Source of the DNA: Hydrurus foetidus
Taxonomy: Eukaryota
Assembly (NCBI GenBank): GCA_900617105.1
Contig: UYFQ01000001.1
Coordinates: 930,001 to 994,000, forward strand
Length of the DNA stretch: 64,000 bases
Direction of reading: 5' to 3'
Positions 40,152 through 50,497 of the stretch are shown one piece after another. The translations under genes were made by a program, and so were the position numbers. How positions within the stretch are numbered: position 1 is the stretch's first letter; every line of letters starts with the position of its first letter. The notes below the pieces were generated by a model, which saw only the letters and a list, made by a program, of their open reading frames with translations, searched no databases and was not told the origin of the DNA.

Positions 40152-41981
40152 ATGTTCAGTGGGAAATTCTGCGTAACGGATGATTTAGAGGTTGATGTGT
40201 TGTCCGTCGTAGGTGCCAGTCAAGGCTCTTTGGCGCGTTTGATGCGCAACAAGGCACTGCATGCGGTGTTCCAGCCCCTGGGGGATTTGCAAAAGACAAC
40301 CATTTTTGCGCACGAGGCCTTGATTCGTGGCCCAGCCGGTTCCCCTTTCCAGTCGCCTGACACCCTGCTTGCGATGGCTTCAGAAGAAAATCTACTGGTG
40401 GAGTTTGAGCTTTTTTGCATCACCACGGCGCTGTCGCAATGGGGGGCATGCAACGAACCAGGCCGTTTGTTTCTCAATATCAGCGCAGACACCCTCGTTC
40501 GGGTCATTACACACCGGCCAGCAGCATTTTTGGCTAATTTGGCGCAACGCTATGGCATTGCTACGCGGTTGTTGGTGTTTGAAATCACTGAGCATGAGCG
40601 TGTCGTCGATATGTCCGCTTTGTGCGAAGTCGTTAAAGCGGTACGCGCCAGCGGCGCGATGTTGGCATTGGACGATTTTGGCGATGGCCGTTCCAGCCTT
40701 CGGCTGTGGTCGGAGATTCGTCCCGACTTTGTGAAGATCGACAAATACTTCATCCACAACATCAGCAAAAATACGGAAAATTTGCAAATGGTGCATGCGA
40801 TCAAAGGCATTGCCAGCGTCTTTCGCACCCAGTTGATCGCAGAGGGTATCGAGACCGCTGAGGATTTGCGGGTCGTGCGTGATTTAGGCCTGCCTTTTGG
40901 TCAGGGTTATCTGCTCGGTCGGCCCCACCGAGAGCCGCAAGCACAGATTCAAGCCTTGGCGCTTGAGGTCATGCAAAACAACAAGGTGGCTGTGATGCCA
41001 CAACCGCGCACGAGCGGGCGGCCTTCAGTGTTGCACAACATTGTGGTGATTTACGCCCCCAGTGTTGACCTGAGCACGAGCAACGATGCCTTGCATGCCT
41101 TGTTCAATGCGAATGCTGATCTTCACGCTGTTGCAGTTGTTGATGATGGCCGCCCCGTTGCCTTGGTGAATCGGCAGCATTTCATGAACCGCTACGCCAC
41201 CTTGTATTTCAGAGAGGTGAACGGCCGTAAACCCTGTACGGTCATGGCCAACTATGAGCCACGCATCGTGGAGCTGGACTACGACGTGGACGAGCTGGTG
41301 GGTATCCTGACTTCGCAGGATCAACGCTACTTGAAGGATGGGTTCATCGTGACCGACAACGGGCGGTATGTCGGTTTGGGCACGGCAGACCAGTTGGTGC
41401 GCTCTGTCACCGAGTCGCGCATTGAGGCGGCGCGCCATGCCAATCCACTGACTTTTTTACCCGGCAACATTCCGATCAGTTTGCACATTGACCGGTTGTT
41501 AAAAAGTGGCACTGAGTTTGTGGCTTGCTACGCTGATTTGAACAACTTTAAGCCCTTTAACGACTACTACGGCTACTGGCGTGGCGATGAAATGATCCGT
41601 GTGGTGGCCAAATTGACCGTAGCCCACTGCGATGCCTGCGTTGATTTTGTAGGGCACGTTGGTGGTGATGATTTTTTGATGTTGTTCCAAAGCGCGGACT
41701 GGCGGCAGCGCTGCGAGCAGATCGTGGCTGATTTTGCGGTGCAGGCTTTGGCCCTGTTTGACGAACCCGCCCGCCAAGCCGGAGGCATCCATGCCGAAGA
41801 CCGGCATGGTGTGATGCGGTTTTTCCCGTGTACGACCCTGTCTATCGGTGCCGCGCCGGTTCAACCTGGTACGTTTTTCCACTCGGAAGAGGTTGCCAAC
41901 GAAGCGGCGCTTGCCAAGCACGATGCCAAGTTGGCTGGCGCAGGGCTGTTTGTCAGGCAGCACCTGCTTGCTGCCGCTTAG
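40152..41981 (+). CDS. EAL-CBS-GGDEF c-di-GMP phosphodiesterase (RapA-like architecture)
   Basis: HEALIRG, LDDFGDG, IAEGIE; ANPLTFLPGN; degenerate GGDDF. Confidence 0.88.
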   Translation: MFSGKFCVTDDLEVDVLSVVGASQGSLARLMRNKALHAVFQPLGDLQKTTIFAHEALIRGPAGSPFQSPDTLLAMASEENLLVEFELFCITTALSQWGACNEPGRLFLNISADTLVRVITHRPAAFLANLAQRYGIATRLLVFEITEHERVVDMSALCEVVKAVRASGAMLALDDFGDGRSSLRLWSEIRPDFVKIDKYFIHNISKNTENLQMVHAIKGIASVFRTQLIAEGIETAEDLRVVRDLGLPFGQGYLLGRPHREPQAQIQALALEVMQNNKVAVMPQPRTSGRPSVLHNIVVIYAPSVDLSTSNDALHALFNANADLHAVAVVDDGRPVALVNRQHFMNRYATLYFREVNGRKPCTVMANYEPRIVELDYDVDELVGILTSQDQRYLKDGFIVTDNGRYVGLGTADQLVRSVTESRIEAARHANPLTFLPGNIPISLHIDRLLKSGTEFVACYADLNNFKPFNDYYGYWRGDEMIRVVAKLTVAHCDACVDFVGHVGGDDFLMLFQSADWRQRCEQIVADFAVQALALFDEPARQAGGIHAEDRHGVMRFFPCTTLSIGAAPVQPGTFFHSEEVANEAALAKHDAKLAGAGLFVRQHLLAAA

Positions 41982-42097
41982 CCGCTCCTTTTACCTCCCC
42001 GAGGTGCAGCGGTTTTTGCTCGTGGCTCGCTTGTCATAATCTTACGTTTTGGCTTACACTGAAGTTGAATAGTTTGATTTTTCAAGAGGCACGCACC

Positions 42098-42421
42098 ATG
42101 CAACACCAAGCCATTTCACTCTCTAGCAAGGGACAAATCGTCATCCCCGCTGCAATGCGGGCCAGCCTGGGGTGGGCAGAGGGCATCGAATTAGCTGCGG
42201 TTCATGTGGGAGACAGCGTAGTGCTGAAGAAATTGTCACGCTTTCCCGCCAGCACTGTCGCTCAGGTGCGGGGCATTTTGAAGGGTAAACCACAGCAATC
42301 GGTTGCAGATACTGCATCACCAACCACGCCGATGCGTTCCGCGATCATGGCTGAGCTGGGTGCTGATGACGACCGCATCAAGCGCACACGCACACCGCGA
42401 AAAGCGGTAGATCCACTGTGA
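42098..42421 (+). CDS. vapB: AbrB/MazE-family antitoxin
   Basis: LSSKGQIVIPAAMRASLG; overlaps the PIN gene. Confidence 0.85.
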   Translation: MQHQAISLSSKGQIVIPAAMRASLGWAEGIELAAVHVGDSVVLKKLSRFPASTVAQVRGILKGKPQQSVADTASPTTPMRSAIMAELGADDDRIKRTRTPRKAVDPL

Positions 42422-42825
42422 TTGGTCTGGACACCAACATGCTGGTTCGTCTGTGTCTGGATGATGATCCGGCACAAGCCCAAGCTGTCGAGCGTTTGCT
42501 GAATTCAGCTGAACTGTGCAGTGCGCCAACCACCGTCATGTTGGAGCTGGTGTGGGTTCTGCAAAACAAAGGTTTTCAGCGCACCGATGTGGCGCAAGCC
42601 CTGATGCATCTGTGTGCTTTGCCGAATTTTGTCGCACAAGACATGGATGCACTGGAAACCGCTGTTGAATCTTATGCACAGGGCTTGGATTTTGCGGATG
42701 CGCTGCACTTGGCGCTGAGTCAGGCGTTTGATGCGCTGTACACGTTTGACCGGACTTTTGCGAAAAAAGCCAAGCAATACCAACTCAAGCCACCGGTGGT
42801 GATGGCTCAAGCTCGTAAAAATTAA
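42418..42825 (+). CDS. vapC: PIN-domain toxin
   Basis: MIGLDTNMLVR, ELVWVL, DFADALH, TFD. Confidence 0.9.
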   Translation: MIGLDTNMLVRLCLDDDPAQAQAVERLLNSAELCSAPTTVMLELVWVLQNKGFQRTDVAQALMHLCALPNFVAQDMDALETAVESYAQGLDFADALHLALSQAFDALYTFDRTFAKKAKQYQLKPPVVMAQARKN

Positions 42826-42829
42826 GTCT

Positions 42830-44527
42830 TTACATCCCCGAGTAATTCGGCCCGCCGCCGCCTTCAGGTGTGACCCACACGATGTTCTGCGTTGGGTCTT
42901 TGATGTCGCAGGTTTTGCAATGCACGCAGTTTTGCGCATTGATTTGCAGCTTGTCTTGCCCCGCATCCGTCTTGATGAACTCGTACACCCCAGCCGGGCA
43001 GTAGCGGGCTTCTGGGCCTGCGTAGGTTTTGAGGTTGGTGTTGACGGGCACCGCGTCGTCTTTCAGCGTCAAGTGAGCGGGCTGGTGTTCGGCGTGGTTG
43101 GTGTTGCTGATGAACACGCTGGAGAGGCGGTCAAAGGTCAACTTGCCGTCGGGCTTGGGATAGTCGATCTTGGCGCACTCGGCGGCGGGTTTCAGGTAAG
43201 CATGGTCGGGCTTGTCGCGGTGCAGCGTCCAGGGGATGCAGCCGCGCAGGGCGAATTGCTCGATGCCGTTCATCAGCGTGGCGACGACCAGGCCCTTTTG
43301 GAACCAAGCTTTGAAGTTGCGGGCCTTGTTCAGCTCGGTGTAGAGCCAGCTTTTCTCGAAAGCCTCGGGGTAGGCGCTCAGCTCGTCGTGTTGACGGCCC
43401 GCTTGCAGCGCGTCAAAGGCTGCTTCTGCGGCCAGCATGCCGGTTTTGATGGCGGCGTGGCTGCCTTTGATGCGGCTCACGTTCAAGTATCCGGCATCAC
43501 AGCCCACCAGTGCGCCGCCTGGGAACACGGTTTTGGGCAGGCTCAGCAGGCCACCGGCGGTGATGGCACGCGCACCGTAGGCGATGCGTTTGGCAGGTTT
43601 GATGCCTTTTTCAGCGTCGCCCTCTAAATACCAGCGGATATTGGGGTGCAGCTTCCAGCGCTGCATTTCTTCAAACGGGCTGAGGTAGGGGTTGCTGTAG
43701 TTCAGACCGGTGATGAAGCCCAGCGAGACCTTGTTGTCTTCCATGTGGTACAGGAAGGCACCGCCATAGGTGTCGTTTTCCATAGGCCAGCCAGCGGTGT
43801 GCAGCACAAAGCCGGGTTGGTGGCGCTTGGGGTCGATTTCCCACAGTTCTTTGATGCCCAGGGCATACGACTGGGGGTCTTTGCCCGCGTCCAGCTTGAA
43901 TTTGGCGATCAATTGCTTGCCCAAATGGCCGCGTGCGCCTTCGGCAAACACGGTGTACTTGCCCAGCAGCTCCATGCCAAGCTGGAAATCGCCTGTGGGT
44001 ACGCCATCTTTGCCCACACCCATGTTGCCGGTGGCCACGCCTTTGACGGAACCATCGGCGTTGTACAGCACTTCAGCCGCCGCGAAGCCGGGGAAAATCT
44101 CCACGCCCAGCGCTTCGGCTTGCTCGCCCAGCCAGCGGGTCACATTGCCCAGGCTGACGATGTAGTTGCCGTGGTTTTGAAAGCACTCGGGCAGCACAAA
44201 ATTGGGGGTGCGCAGGGATGATTTTTCACCCAGGAAGACCATCGCATCGTCGGTCACGGGTTGGTTCAGCGGGGCACCCCTTTTCTTCCAGTCAGGGAAG
44301 AGTTCAGTGAGGGCGCGGGGGTCCATGATGGCCCCTGAGAGGATGTGCGCACCAGGCTCAGAGCCCTTTTCCAACACCACCACCGACACTTCTTTGCCCG
44401 AAATGGCTGCCATCTGCTTCAGGCGAATGGCGGTGGCGAGGCCACCAGGGCCACCACCGACGACGACCACGTCATATTCCATGGCTTCGCGCGGGCCGTG
44501 CTGGGCGAGTATTTCTTCGTGGGTCAT
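42830..44527 (-). CDS. Electron transfer flavoprotein-ubiquinone oxidoreductase
   Basis: EKGSEPGAHILSGA, CPAGVYE, NCVHCKTCDIKDP. Confidence 0.95.
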   Translation of the reverse strand: MTHEEILAQHGPREAMEYDVVVVGGGPGGLATAIRLKQMAAISGKEVSVVVLEKGSEPGAHILSGAIMDPRALTELFPDWKKRGAPLNQPVTDDAMVFLGEKSSLRTPNFVLPECFQNHGNYIVSLGNVTRWLGEQAEALGVEIFPGFAAAEVLYNADGSVKGVATGNMGVGKDGVPTGDFQLGMELLGKYTVFAEGARGHLGKQLIAKFKLDAGKDPQSYALGIKELWEIDPKRHQPGFVLHTAGWPMENDTYGGAFLYHMEDNKVSLGFITGLNYSNPYLSPFEEMQRWKLHPNIRWYLEGDAEKGIKPAKRIAYGARAITAGGLLSLPKTVFPGGALVGCDAGYLNVSRIKGSHAAIKTGMLAAEAAFDALQAGRQHDELSAYPEAFEKSWLYTELNKARNFKAWFQKGLVVATLMNGIEQFALRGCIPWTLHRDKPDHAYLKPAAECAKIDYPKPDGKLTFDRLSSVFISNTNHAEHQPAHLTLKDDAVPVNTNLKTYAGPEARYCPAGVYEFIKTDAGQDKLQINAQNCVHCKTCDIKDPTQNIVWVTPEGGGGPNYSGM

Positions 44528-44690
44528 CGTGTGTCTCGTGGGGAAGGGTTTAGGGATGCTGTGGACAGATTCTGCGTGGGTTGCTTTTTTTTCGCGGGGC
44601 TGACCTCTTGAGTTACAACGCCGGTACACCAAAGATTTTATGCGCAGTGGTTGTGTGGATGCTGAGGGGAGCTGTCTCTAAAATATCAGC

Positions 44691-45800
44691 ATGAACCCCG
44701 ACACAGACCCCAGTCGTAATGTGTATCAAAGCGTGGATCGCCACGACGATCTCAGCGTCGAATCACCCCATCCTGCACGCCGCGCACGGCGAGGCAGCGG
44801 TGCCGTCACCCTCCACGCCATTGCCAAACTTGCCGGGGTAGCCCCCATCACGGCCTCACGGGCACTGAACACACCCAACCAAGTGTCTGCCAAGGTGCTT
44901 CAAAAAGTTACGCAAGCGGTGGCCAGTACCGGCTATGTGCGCAACCACATTGCAGGCGGTTTGGCTTCCACGCGCAGCCGCTTGGTGGCGGCTGTGGTGC
45001 CCTCCATCGCCGGGCCGGTGTTTTTGCAAACCGTGCAAGCCCTCACGGTAGCGCTGGCCGAGCGAGGCTACCAGCTGATGCTGGGGCAAAGTGGCTACGT
45101 GGATTCGCGTGAAGATGCCTTGCTGGACGCCATCATTGGTCGCCGCCCTGACGGCATTGTGCTGACCGGCATCTTGCACTCCCCCGAAGGCCGCAAGCGT
45201 CTGCTGGCCTCGGGCATTCCTGTCGTCGAAACCTGGGATTTCACGCCCACACCGCTCGATATGCTGGTGGGGTTCTCGCACGAAGACGTGGGACGCGCGG
45301 TCGCAAACTACCTGATGGCAAAAGGCCACCGCCGCTTAGCCTTGGTGGCCGGGGACGACGAACGCTCTACCCGCAGGCAGCAGGCGTTCCAAGCCACCGC
45401 CCATGCCACCGGCTTATCCCCCGTGCAGGTGGTGCGTGTGCCCGCACCCACCACCCTGAAAAGTGGCCGCAGTGCGCTGGTGGCGTTGTTGGCGGCATCC
45501 AGTGCCGCCAACCATTCTGCGCCCGACGCTGTGTTTTGCAGCTCCGATTTGCTGGCTCTGGGCGTGATGACCGAAGCGCAAGCCCGTGGCATCGCCATCC
45601 CCACCCAGCTTGCGGTGGTGGGTTTTGGTGACATCGAATTCGCCGCTGACCTTAACCCTGCGCTGACCACCGTGCGCATTGACGGCAATGCCATCGGCCG
45701 CCAAGCAGCGCAGTTCATCGCTGACCGCGCAGAGGGCAGGGGCGTGGCGCTCCGGGCGGTGGATGTGGGGTTTTCCATCATCGAGCGCGACAGCGCATAG
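44691..45800 (+). CDS. LacI-family (gluconate repressor-like) regulator
   Basis: TLHAIAKLAGVAPITASRAL HTH; PALTTV. Confidence 0.92.
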   Translation: MNPDTDPSRNVYQSVDRHDDLSVESPHPARRARRGSGAVTLHAIAKLAGVAPITASRALNTPNQVSAKVLQKVTQAVASTGYVRNHIAGGLASTRSRLVAAVVPSIAGPVFLQTVQALTVALAERGYQLMLGQSGYVDSREDALLDAIIGRRPDGIVLTGILHSPEGRKRLLASGIPVVETWDFTPTPLDMLVGFSHEDVGRAVANYLMAKGHRRLALVAGDDERSTRRQQAFQATAHATGLSPVQVVRVPAPTTLKSGRSALVALLAASSAANHSAPDAVFCSSDLLALGVMTEAQARGIAIPTQLAVVGFGDIEFAADLNPALTTVRIDGNAIGRQAAQFIADRAEGRGVALRAVDVGFSIIERDSA

Positions 45801-45850
45801 GCTTTCAGCGCGTTCAATGCGCGCGTTGAGTGAGCATTTTGTTTTGATTT

Positions 45851-45878
45851 CTTGAAAAGGTAGCGCTACCATTTCAAG
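45851..45878. promoter_or_regulatory. LacI-type operator palindrome upstream of gudD
   Basis: CTTGAAA-a-GGTAGCGCTACC-a-TTTCAAG, near-perfect 28-bp palindrome. Confidence 0.8.
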
Positions 45879-45926
45879 TATTATTTGCCTTTGTGAATTC
45901 CGTCTGTCTTTTTTTGAAGCGCCCTC

Positions 45927-47270
45927 ATGTCGAACACCAACCTCAACGCCACCCCTGTCATCACCGATTTGCGTGTGATTCCCGTCGCAGGCCGCGACAG
46001 CATGTTGCTCAACCTGAGCGGTGCCCACGGCCCGTTCTTCACCCGCAATTTGCTGATCCTGACCGACAACGCGGGTAACACCGGCGTCGGCGAAGTCCCT
46101 GGTGGCGAAAAAATCCGCCAAACGTTGGAAGATGCCCGTGCCCTGATCGTGGGTCAGCGCATAGGTGGTATGCACAAGCTGCTACAAAAAATGCAGCAAC
46201 AGTTTGCTGACCGCGATACCGGTGGGCGCGGCTTGCAGACCTTCGATCTGCGCACCACCATCCACGCGGTGACGGCGGTGGAATCGGCGCTGCTCGATTT
46301 GATGGGCCAGCACCTGGGCGTGCCCGTGGCCGCATTGCTGGGCGAAGGCCAACAGCGTGATGCCGTGGAAATGCTCGGCTACTTGTTCTTCATCGGCGAC
46401 CGCACCCAGACCGATTTGGACTACGTCAGCGACCCCGCTGCCGCTGATGCATGGTCACGCCTGCGCCACGAGAAAGCCATGACACCTGAGTCCATCGTCC
46501 GTCTGGCCGAAGCCGCCCGCGAGCGCTACGGCTTCAACGATTTCAAGCTCAAAGGTGGCGTGCTGCGCGGCGACGAAGAGATCACGGCCCTCCATGCTTT
46601 GCACGAACGCTTCCCCGAGGCCCGCGTCACCCTTGACCCGAACGGTGGCTGGCTGCTCAAAGACGCCATCCGCCTGATGCGCGACATGCGCAGTGTCGTC
46701 GCCTATGCCGAAGACCCTTGTGGCGCAGAGGACGGCTTCTCAGGCCGTGAAGTGATGGCTGAATTTCGCCGTGCCACCGGCTTGCCCACCGCCACCAACA
46801 TGGTGGCCACCGACTGGCGCCAGCTCACGCACGCGCTCTCTCTGCAATCGGTCGATATTCCGCTGGCTGACCCGCATTTCTGGACCATGGCTGGCTCGGT
46901 GCGCGTGGCCCAAACCTGCCGCGATTGGGGTTTGACCTGGGGCTCGCATTCCAACAACCATTTCGACGTGTCCCTGGCCATGTTCACCCATGTCGGTGCC
47001 GCTGCCCCTGGCCGCGTGACCGCCATCGACACCCACTGGATTTGGCAAGACGGCCAGCGCCTGACCCAAGACCCGCTGCAAATCGTCGGTGGTCATGTGC
47101 AAGTCCCGAAAAAACCCGGTTTAGGCGTGGAACTCGACATGGTGGAAGTCGAAAAAGCCCATCAGCTCTACAAACAGCATGGCCTGGGCTCACGCGACGA
47201 TGCCAGCGCCATGCAGTACCTGATCCCCGGCTGGCAGTTCAACCCCAAGCGGCCTGCGTTAGACCGGTGA
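45927..47270 (+). CDS. gudD: Glucarate dehydratase (enolase superfamily)
   Basis: [37 protein letters not shown]. Confidence 0.92.
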   Translation: MSNTNLNATPVITDLRVIPVAGRDSMLLNLSGAHGPFFTRNLLILTDNAGNTGVGEVPGGEKIRQTLEDARALIVGQRIGGMHKLLQKMQQQFADRDTGGRGLQTFDLRTTIHAVTAVESALLDLMGQHLGVPVAALLGEGQQRDAVEMLGYLFFIGDRTQTDLDYVSDPAAADAWSRLRHEKAMTPESIVRLAEAARERYGFNDFKLKGGVLRGDEEITALHALHERFPEARVTLDPNGGWLLKDAIRLMRDMRSVVAYAEDPCGAEDGFSGREVMAEFRRATGLPTATNMVATDWRQLTHALSLQSVDIPLADPHFWTMAGSVRVAQTCRDWGLTWGSHSNNHFDVSLAMFTHVGAAAPGRVTAIDTHWIWQDGQRLTQDPLQIVGGHVQVPKKPGLGVELDMVEVEKAHQLYKQHGLGSRDDASAMQYLIPGWQFNPKRPALDR

Positions 47271-47302
47271 GCCTTCGGTGCGGTGCTTGAAATAGGGTGT
47301 GC

Positions 47303-47319
47303 GCGATACAATGTATCGC
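47303..47319. promoter_or_regulatory. Palindromic operator of a decayed TA locus
   Basis: GCGATACA-a-TGTATCGC ahead of CAGGAG RBS and the antitoxin remnant. Confidence 0.6.
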
Positions 47320-47349
47320 ACTCATCGGATTCACACAGGAGTTTTTGCT

Positions 47350-47405
47350 ATGGCCGCCATGACAATGGTTCACGTTCGCGTGGACGAAGACATCAAAATT
47401 CAAGC
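47350..47405 (+). pseudogene. dinJ: 5' remnant of a RelB/DinJ antitoxin
   Basis: MAAMTMVHVRVDEDIKIQA, then fused to a lacI-derived fragment. Confidence 0.65.
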
Positions 47406-47447
47406 TTGCGGTAGTGGGTTTTGGTGAGATCGAATTCACCGCTGACC
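47403..47447 (+). repeat. Duplicate of a LacI gene 3' segment (45607-45651)
   Basis: 45 bp with 3 mismatches; weaker similarity continues about 25 bp further. Confidence 0.88.
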
Positions 47448-47536
47448 GGCACCCCGTGCTGGCAAACGCCGTGCCTTCGCAGCGCGGCCTGCATGATGCA
47501 AGACTCTAGCGGTTCGCTATGCTGCTGCCTTTGCCG

Positions 47537-47923
47537 TCACCCGTGTGCAGGTTTCATCGTCACCGCGAAATAAGCAAACCCCAAAGCCAACAGCCCGTGC
47601 AATATGGAGTTGGGAACTATCCCCGACAGCACGGAAATCACGCCGTGGTGGTAGGCCATGATCTCGATGGGCAGCAACCCAAGTTGAATCACCGTATTGC
47701 CCACCAGCAAAGCCCGCAGCGCCGCTGAGTCGGGGGCGTTCCTTGCGAGAAAAGCCATCAAGCCCACCGCCAGTAAAAAGATGCCCACTTCTTGTACCCA
47801 CACTTCAGTGGCCAAGCCAACCACCCCTTTGCTGGCCAGCAGCGCAGTCGGTGCCAGCAATGCAAAAGCCCCCACGCCTGTAGCAATGGCAGCGGCAATG
47901 CTTAAAAAAATTTGACGGTTCAT
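47537..47923 (-). CDS. Hypothetical 4-TM membrane protein
   Basis: Four hydrophobic segments; directly downstream of the SnoaL-like gene. Confidence 0.7.
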   Translation of the reverse strand: MNRQIFLSIAAAIATGVGAFALLAPTALLASKGVVGLATEVWVQEVGIFLLAVGLMAFLARNAPDSAALRALLVGNTVIQLGLLPIEIMAYHHGVISVLSGIVPNSILHGLLALGFAYFAVTMKPAHG

Positions 47924-48275
47924 CAATTAAACCGCAACGGGTTGCTCAAAGAACCCACTCATTTGTTTCAATCGTCCGTCAGGGGCGTGCCGTAAAAAAC
48001 TGGCTCCAGGGGCGAGAACATGGCCGTCGCCATTCACCATATTCCAATGCACCAGGCTTTGATCATGGTGGGTTTTGAAGTCGGTCGTGACAAAGTGGAT
48101 GCCGGGAACATCTTTTTGTAGCTCAGCCATGTAGCCAGACAAAGGGCCGTAGCCGATGACCTGAAGCAGGGGATCTGTATAGGTGCATTCTGGATCGACA
48201 GACAGATTCAATAATTTCATGCGCTCAGTTGCATCGGTTTCTGCCCATGCGTTCGAATAGGTCTCAAATAGACTA

Positions 48276-49467
48276 GTACATTGACACGAAAATAACGGAA
48301 CATGATTACACTACGAATGTTGCCATTCGGCATAACGAGGAGTGGTCATGCGTCAGACGGAGCTGAACTTGAGCGAGGAGGATCGCTCGACGATCGAAGC
48401 CATTCGCAGCAAAGGGGTGCATCAGGCGCGCGAGGTCAATCGAGCACATGTGCTGTCATGCCTGGACCGCGACATTCCCGAATCTCAGATCATGGCAGTG
48501 CTTGGCATTGGCCGCACCGCCGTGTGGCGTGCTCGCGCCGCCTACTTGCAAGGCGGGCTGGAGTTGGCCGTGTTCGATGTGGAGCGCTCTGGACGCCCGC
48601 GCCAATACGACACCAACGCCGAGGCGCGCGTGATCGCGTTGGCCTGCTCAGCCCCGCCCAAGGGACACCAGCGCTGGACCCTGGTCGAGCTCGAACGCGC
48701 TTCTCGTCAAGAGCCTGGCATGCAATCCGTGAGCCGGGAAACCGTGCGACGCATGCTCAAAAAAACGATCTCAAGCCCTGGCGCCGGGTAATGTGGTGCA
48801 TTGGGACGCTGACCGAGGAGTACCGTGCCCGGATGTATGCCCTGCTCGAACTGTACGCGCGGCCAATATCCAAAGCAGAACCAGTCATTTGCATAGACGA
48901 GAAAAGCCTGCAACTCATCGCCCACAGCCGAGCGCCATTGGCCATGGTGGCGAACAGCCCAACCAAGCAGGACTACGAGTACGTGCGCAATGGCACCACC
49001 AATCTGTTTGTGGCTGTCGAGCCCAAGGCTGGACGGCGAATCGTATCTGTCACCGAGCGTCGAGGAAAGGTTGACTTCGTCGCCTTCATCAAAGAACTGC
49101 TCACTGGCGCATATGCCAAAGCACAACGAATTCACCTGGTGCTCGACAACCTGAACACTCACTTTAGAAAGTGCTTTGACGATGTGCTGGGCAGTCGTGC
49201 GGCCGCCACGCTCCTGCGTCGGGTGGAGTTTCACTACACCCCAAAGCACGCGAGCTGGCTGAACATGGCAGAGATCGAGATTGGCGTCCTGAGTCGCCAA
49301 TGCCTGGACCGGCGCATTGCCAATCGTGAATTACTGGCCTCCGAGGTTGCGGCCTGGCAGCAAGCCCGAAACGAGGAAGAACGAACCATCGAATGGAGCT
49401 TTACCCGCCAGGATGCGGATCAAAAACTAGGGCGTCATTATGTTTCTAAACTTGCGTGTTAATGTAC
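48276..49467 (+). mobile_element. IS630-family insertion sequence
   Basis: Terminal IRs GTACATTGACACG / CGTGTTAATGTAC; TA duplication in a CTAG target. Confidence 0.95.
48348..49462 (+). CDS. IS630 transposase, two ORFs joined by -1 frameshift at A7 (48759-48765)
   Basis: HTH ORF ending MLKKTIS; -1 frame KNDLKPW..IDEK..LDNL..SWLNMAEIE (DDE). Confidence 0.9.
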
Positions 49468-49635
49468 TAGCGTAAGTATTTTTTTCCATAATTTTCATCA
49501 GTTGAACAGCGCTGCACATGGTCCAGGGGAATCCAAAAACCACGCAACGCCCCGATGGTGAGGTGCGAACGGGTACTGCGCAATGACCTGATGAGGTAAT
49601 TGCGGTCTGTGGACTTGGGCCTGTACAGTGGGCGC

Positions 49636-50445
49636 ATGGCAGATAAATTATTCAGTGCCCTGCTCAAATACTGGCGGGGGCGGCGCGGCTTGTCGCAGCT
49701 TGATTTGGCTTTAGCAGCGGAGGTGTCGGCGCGGCATGTGAGTTTTTTGGAGTCTGGGCGTGCCAGCCCCAGCCAAGATATGGTGCTGCGCTTGATGAGC
49801 ACCCTTGAGGTGCCCATGCGTGACCAGAACGAAGTCTTGCGTGCGGCTTCTTTTCCAGCACGGTTTTTGGAGCCGCAGCTGGAAGCCATCGACCCCGCTG
49901 TCGATAAATCCATCGCCCGCATGCTGAGCCAGCAAGAGCCTTTTCCCATGACGGTGATGGACGCGGGGTACGACATTCTTCGCTCGAACACGGCTGCACA
50001 GACGATTTTTTCCCGCTTCGTTGTCGATCCTGTACTTTTGCAATCGACATTGAAGCCCCTGAATTTGTACACACTGGTTTTTGATCCGCAGTACGCGCGC
50101 CCTTTCATTCAAAACTGGGCGCAGGTGGGGCGCTACATGGTGACGCGGCTCAATCATGAGGCTCTGCGCCGCACCGAGGACACCCGCCTTTGGGCCTTGC
50201 TGGCGCGGGCCTTGGCATACCCCGATGTGCCACAGTCGTGGTGCCAGCCCGATTTTTCAATCTCCGTCGAGCCTTTGCTTCCCCTCGTGCTTGAGCGCGA
50301 CGGCGTGACGCTGCGCTTTTTCATGGTTGTGACGGCCTTTTCTGCCCCTCAGCAAATCACGCTGGATGAGTTGCGCCTAGAGAGCTACTTTCCGCTGGAT
50401 GAAGCGACGCAGCAGGTATGCGAAGCGTGGTATGTGAAGGATTAG
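49636..50445 (+). CDS. XRE HTH / MmyB-like transcriptional regulator
   Basis: LSQLDLALAAEVSARHVSFLESGR; ITLDELRLESYFP. Confidence 0.9.
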   Translation: MADKLFSALLKYWRGRRGLSQLDLALAAEVSARHVSFLESGRASPSQDMVLRLMSTLEVPMRDQNEVLRAASFPARFLEPQLEAIDPAVDKSIARMLSQQEPFPMTVMDAGYDILRSNTAAQTIFSRFVVDPVLLQSTLKPLNLYTLVFDPQYARPFIQNWAQVGRYMVTRLNHEALRRTEDTRLWALLARALAYPDVPQSWCQPDFSISVEPLLPLVLERDGVTLRFFMVVTAFSAPQQITLDELRLESYFPLDEATQQVCEAWYVKD

Positions 50446-50497
50446 ATGCACAGTGTCTAATGACTAGGCATTCAGACACACATGATGATGTGTGCCT

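Larger units (their letters stand above)
47927..49489 (-). pseudogene. SnoaL/NTF2-like gene split by IS630
   Basis: Removing the IS and one TA restores MEKNTYASLFETYSNAWAETDATERMKLL...YTDP...GFF in frame. Confidence 0.85.
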
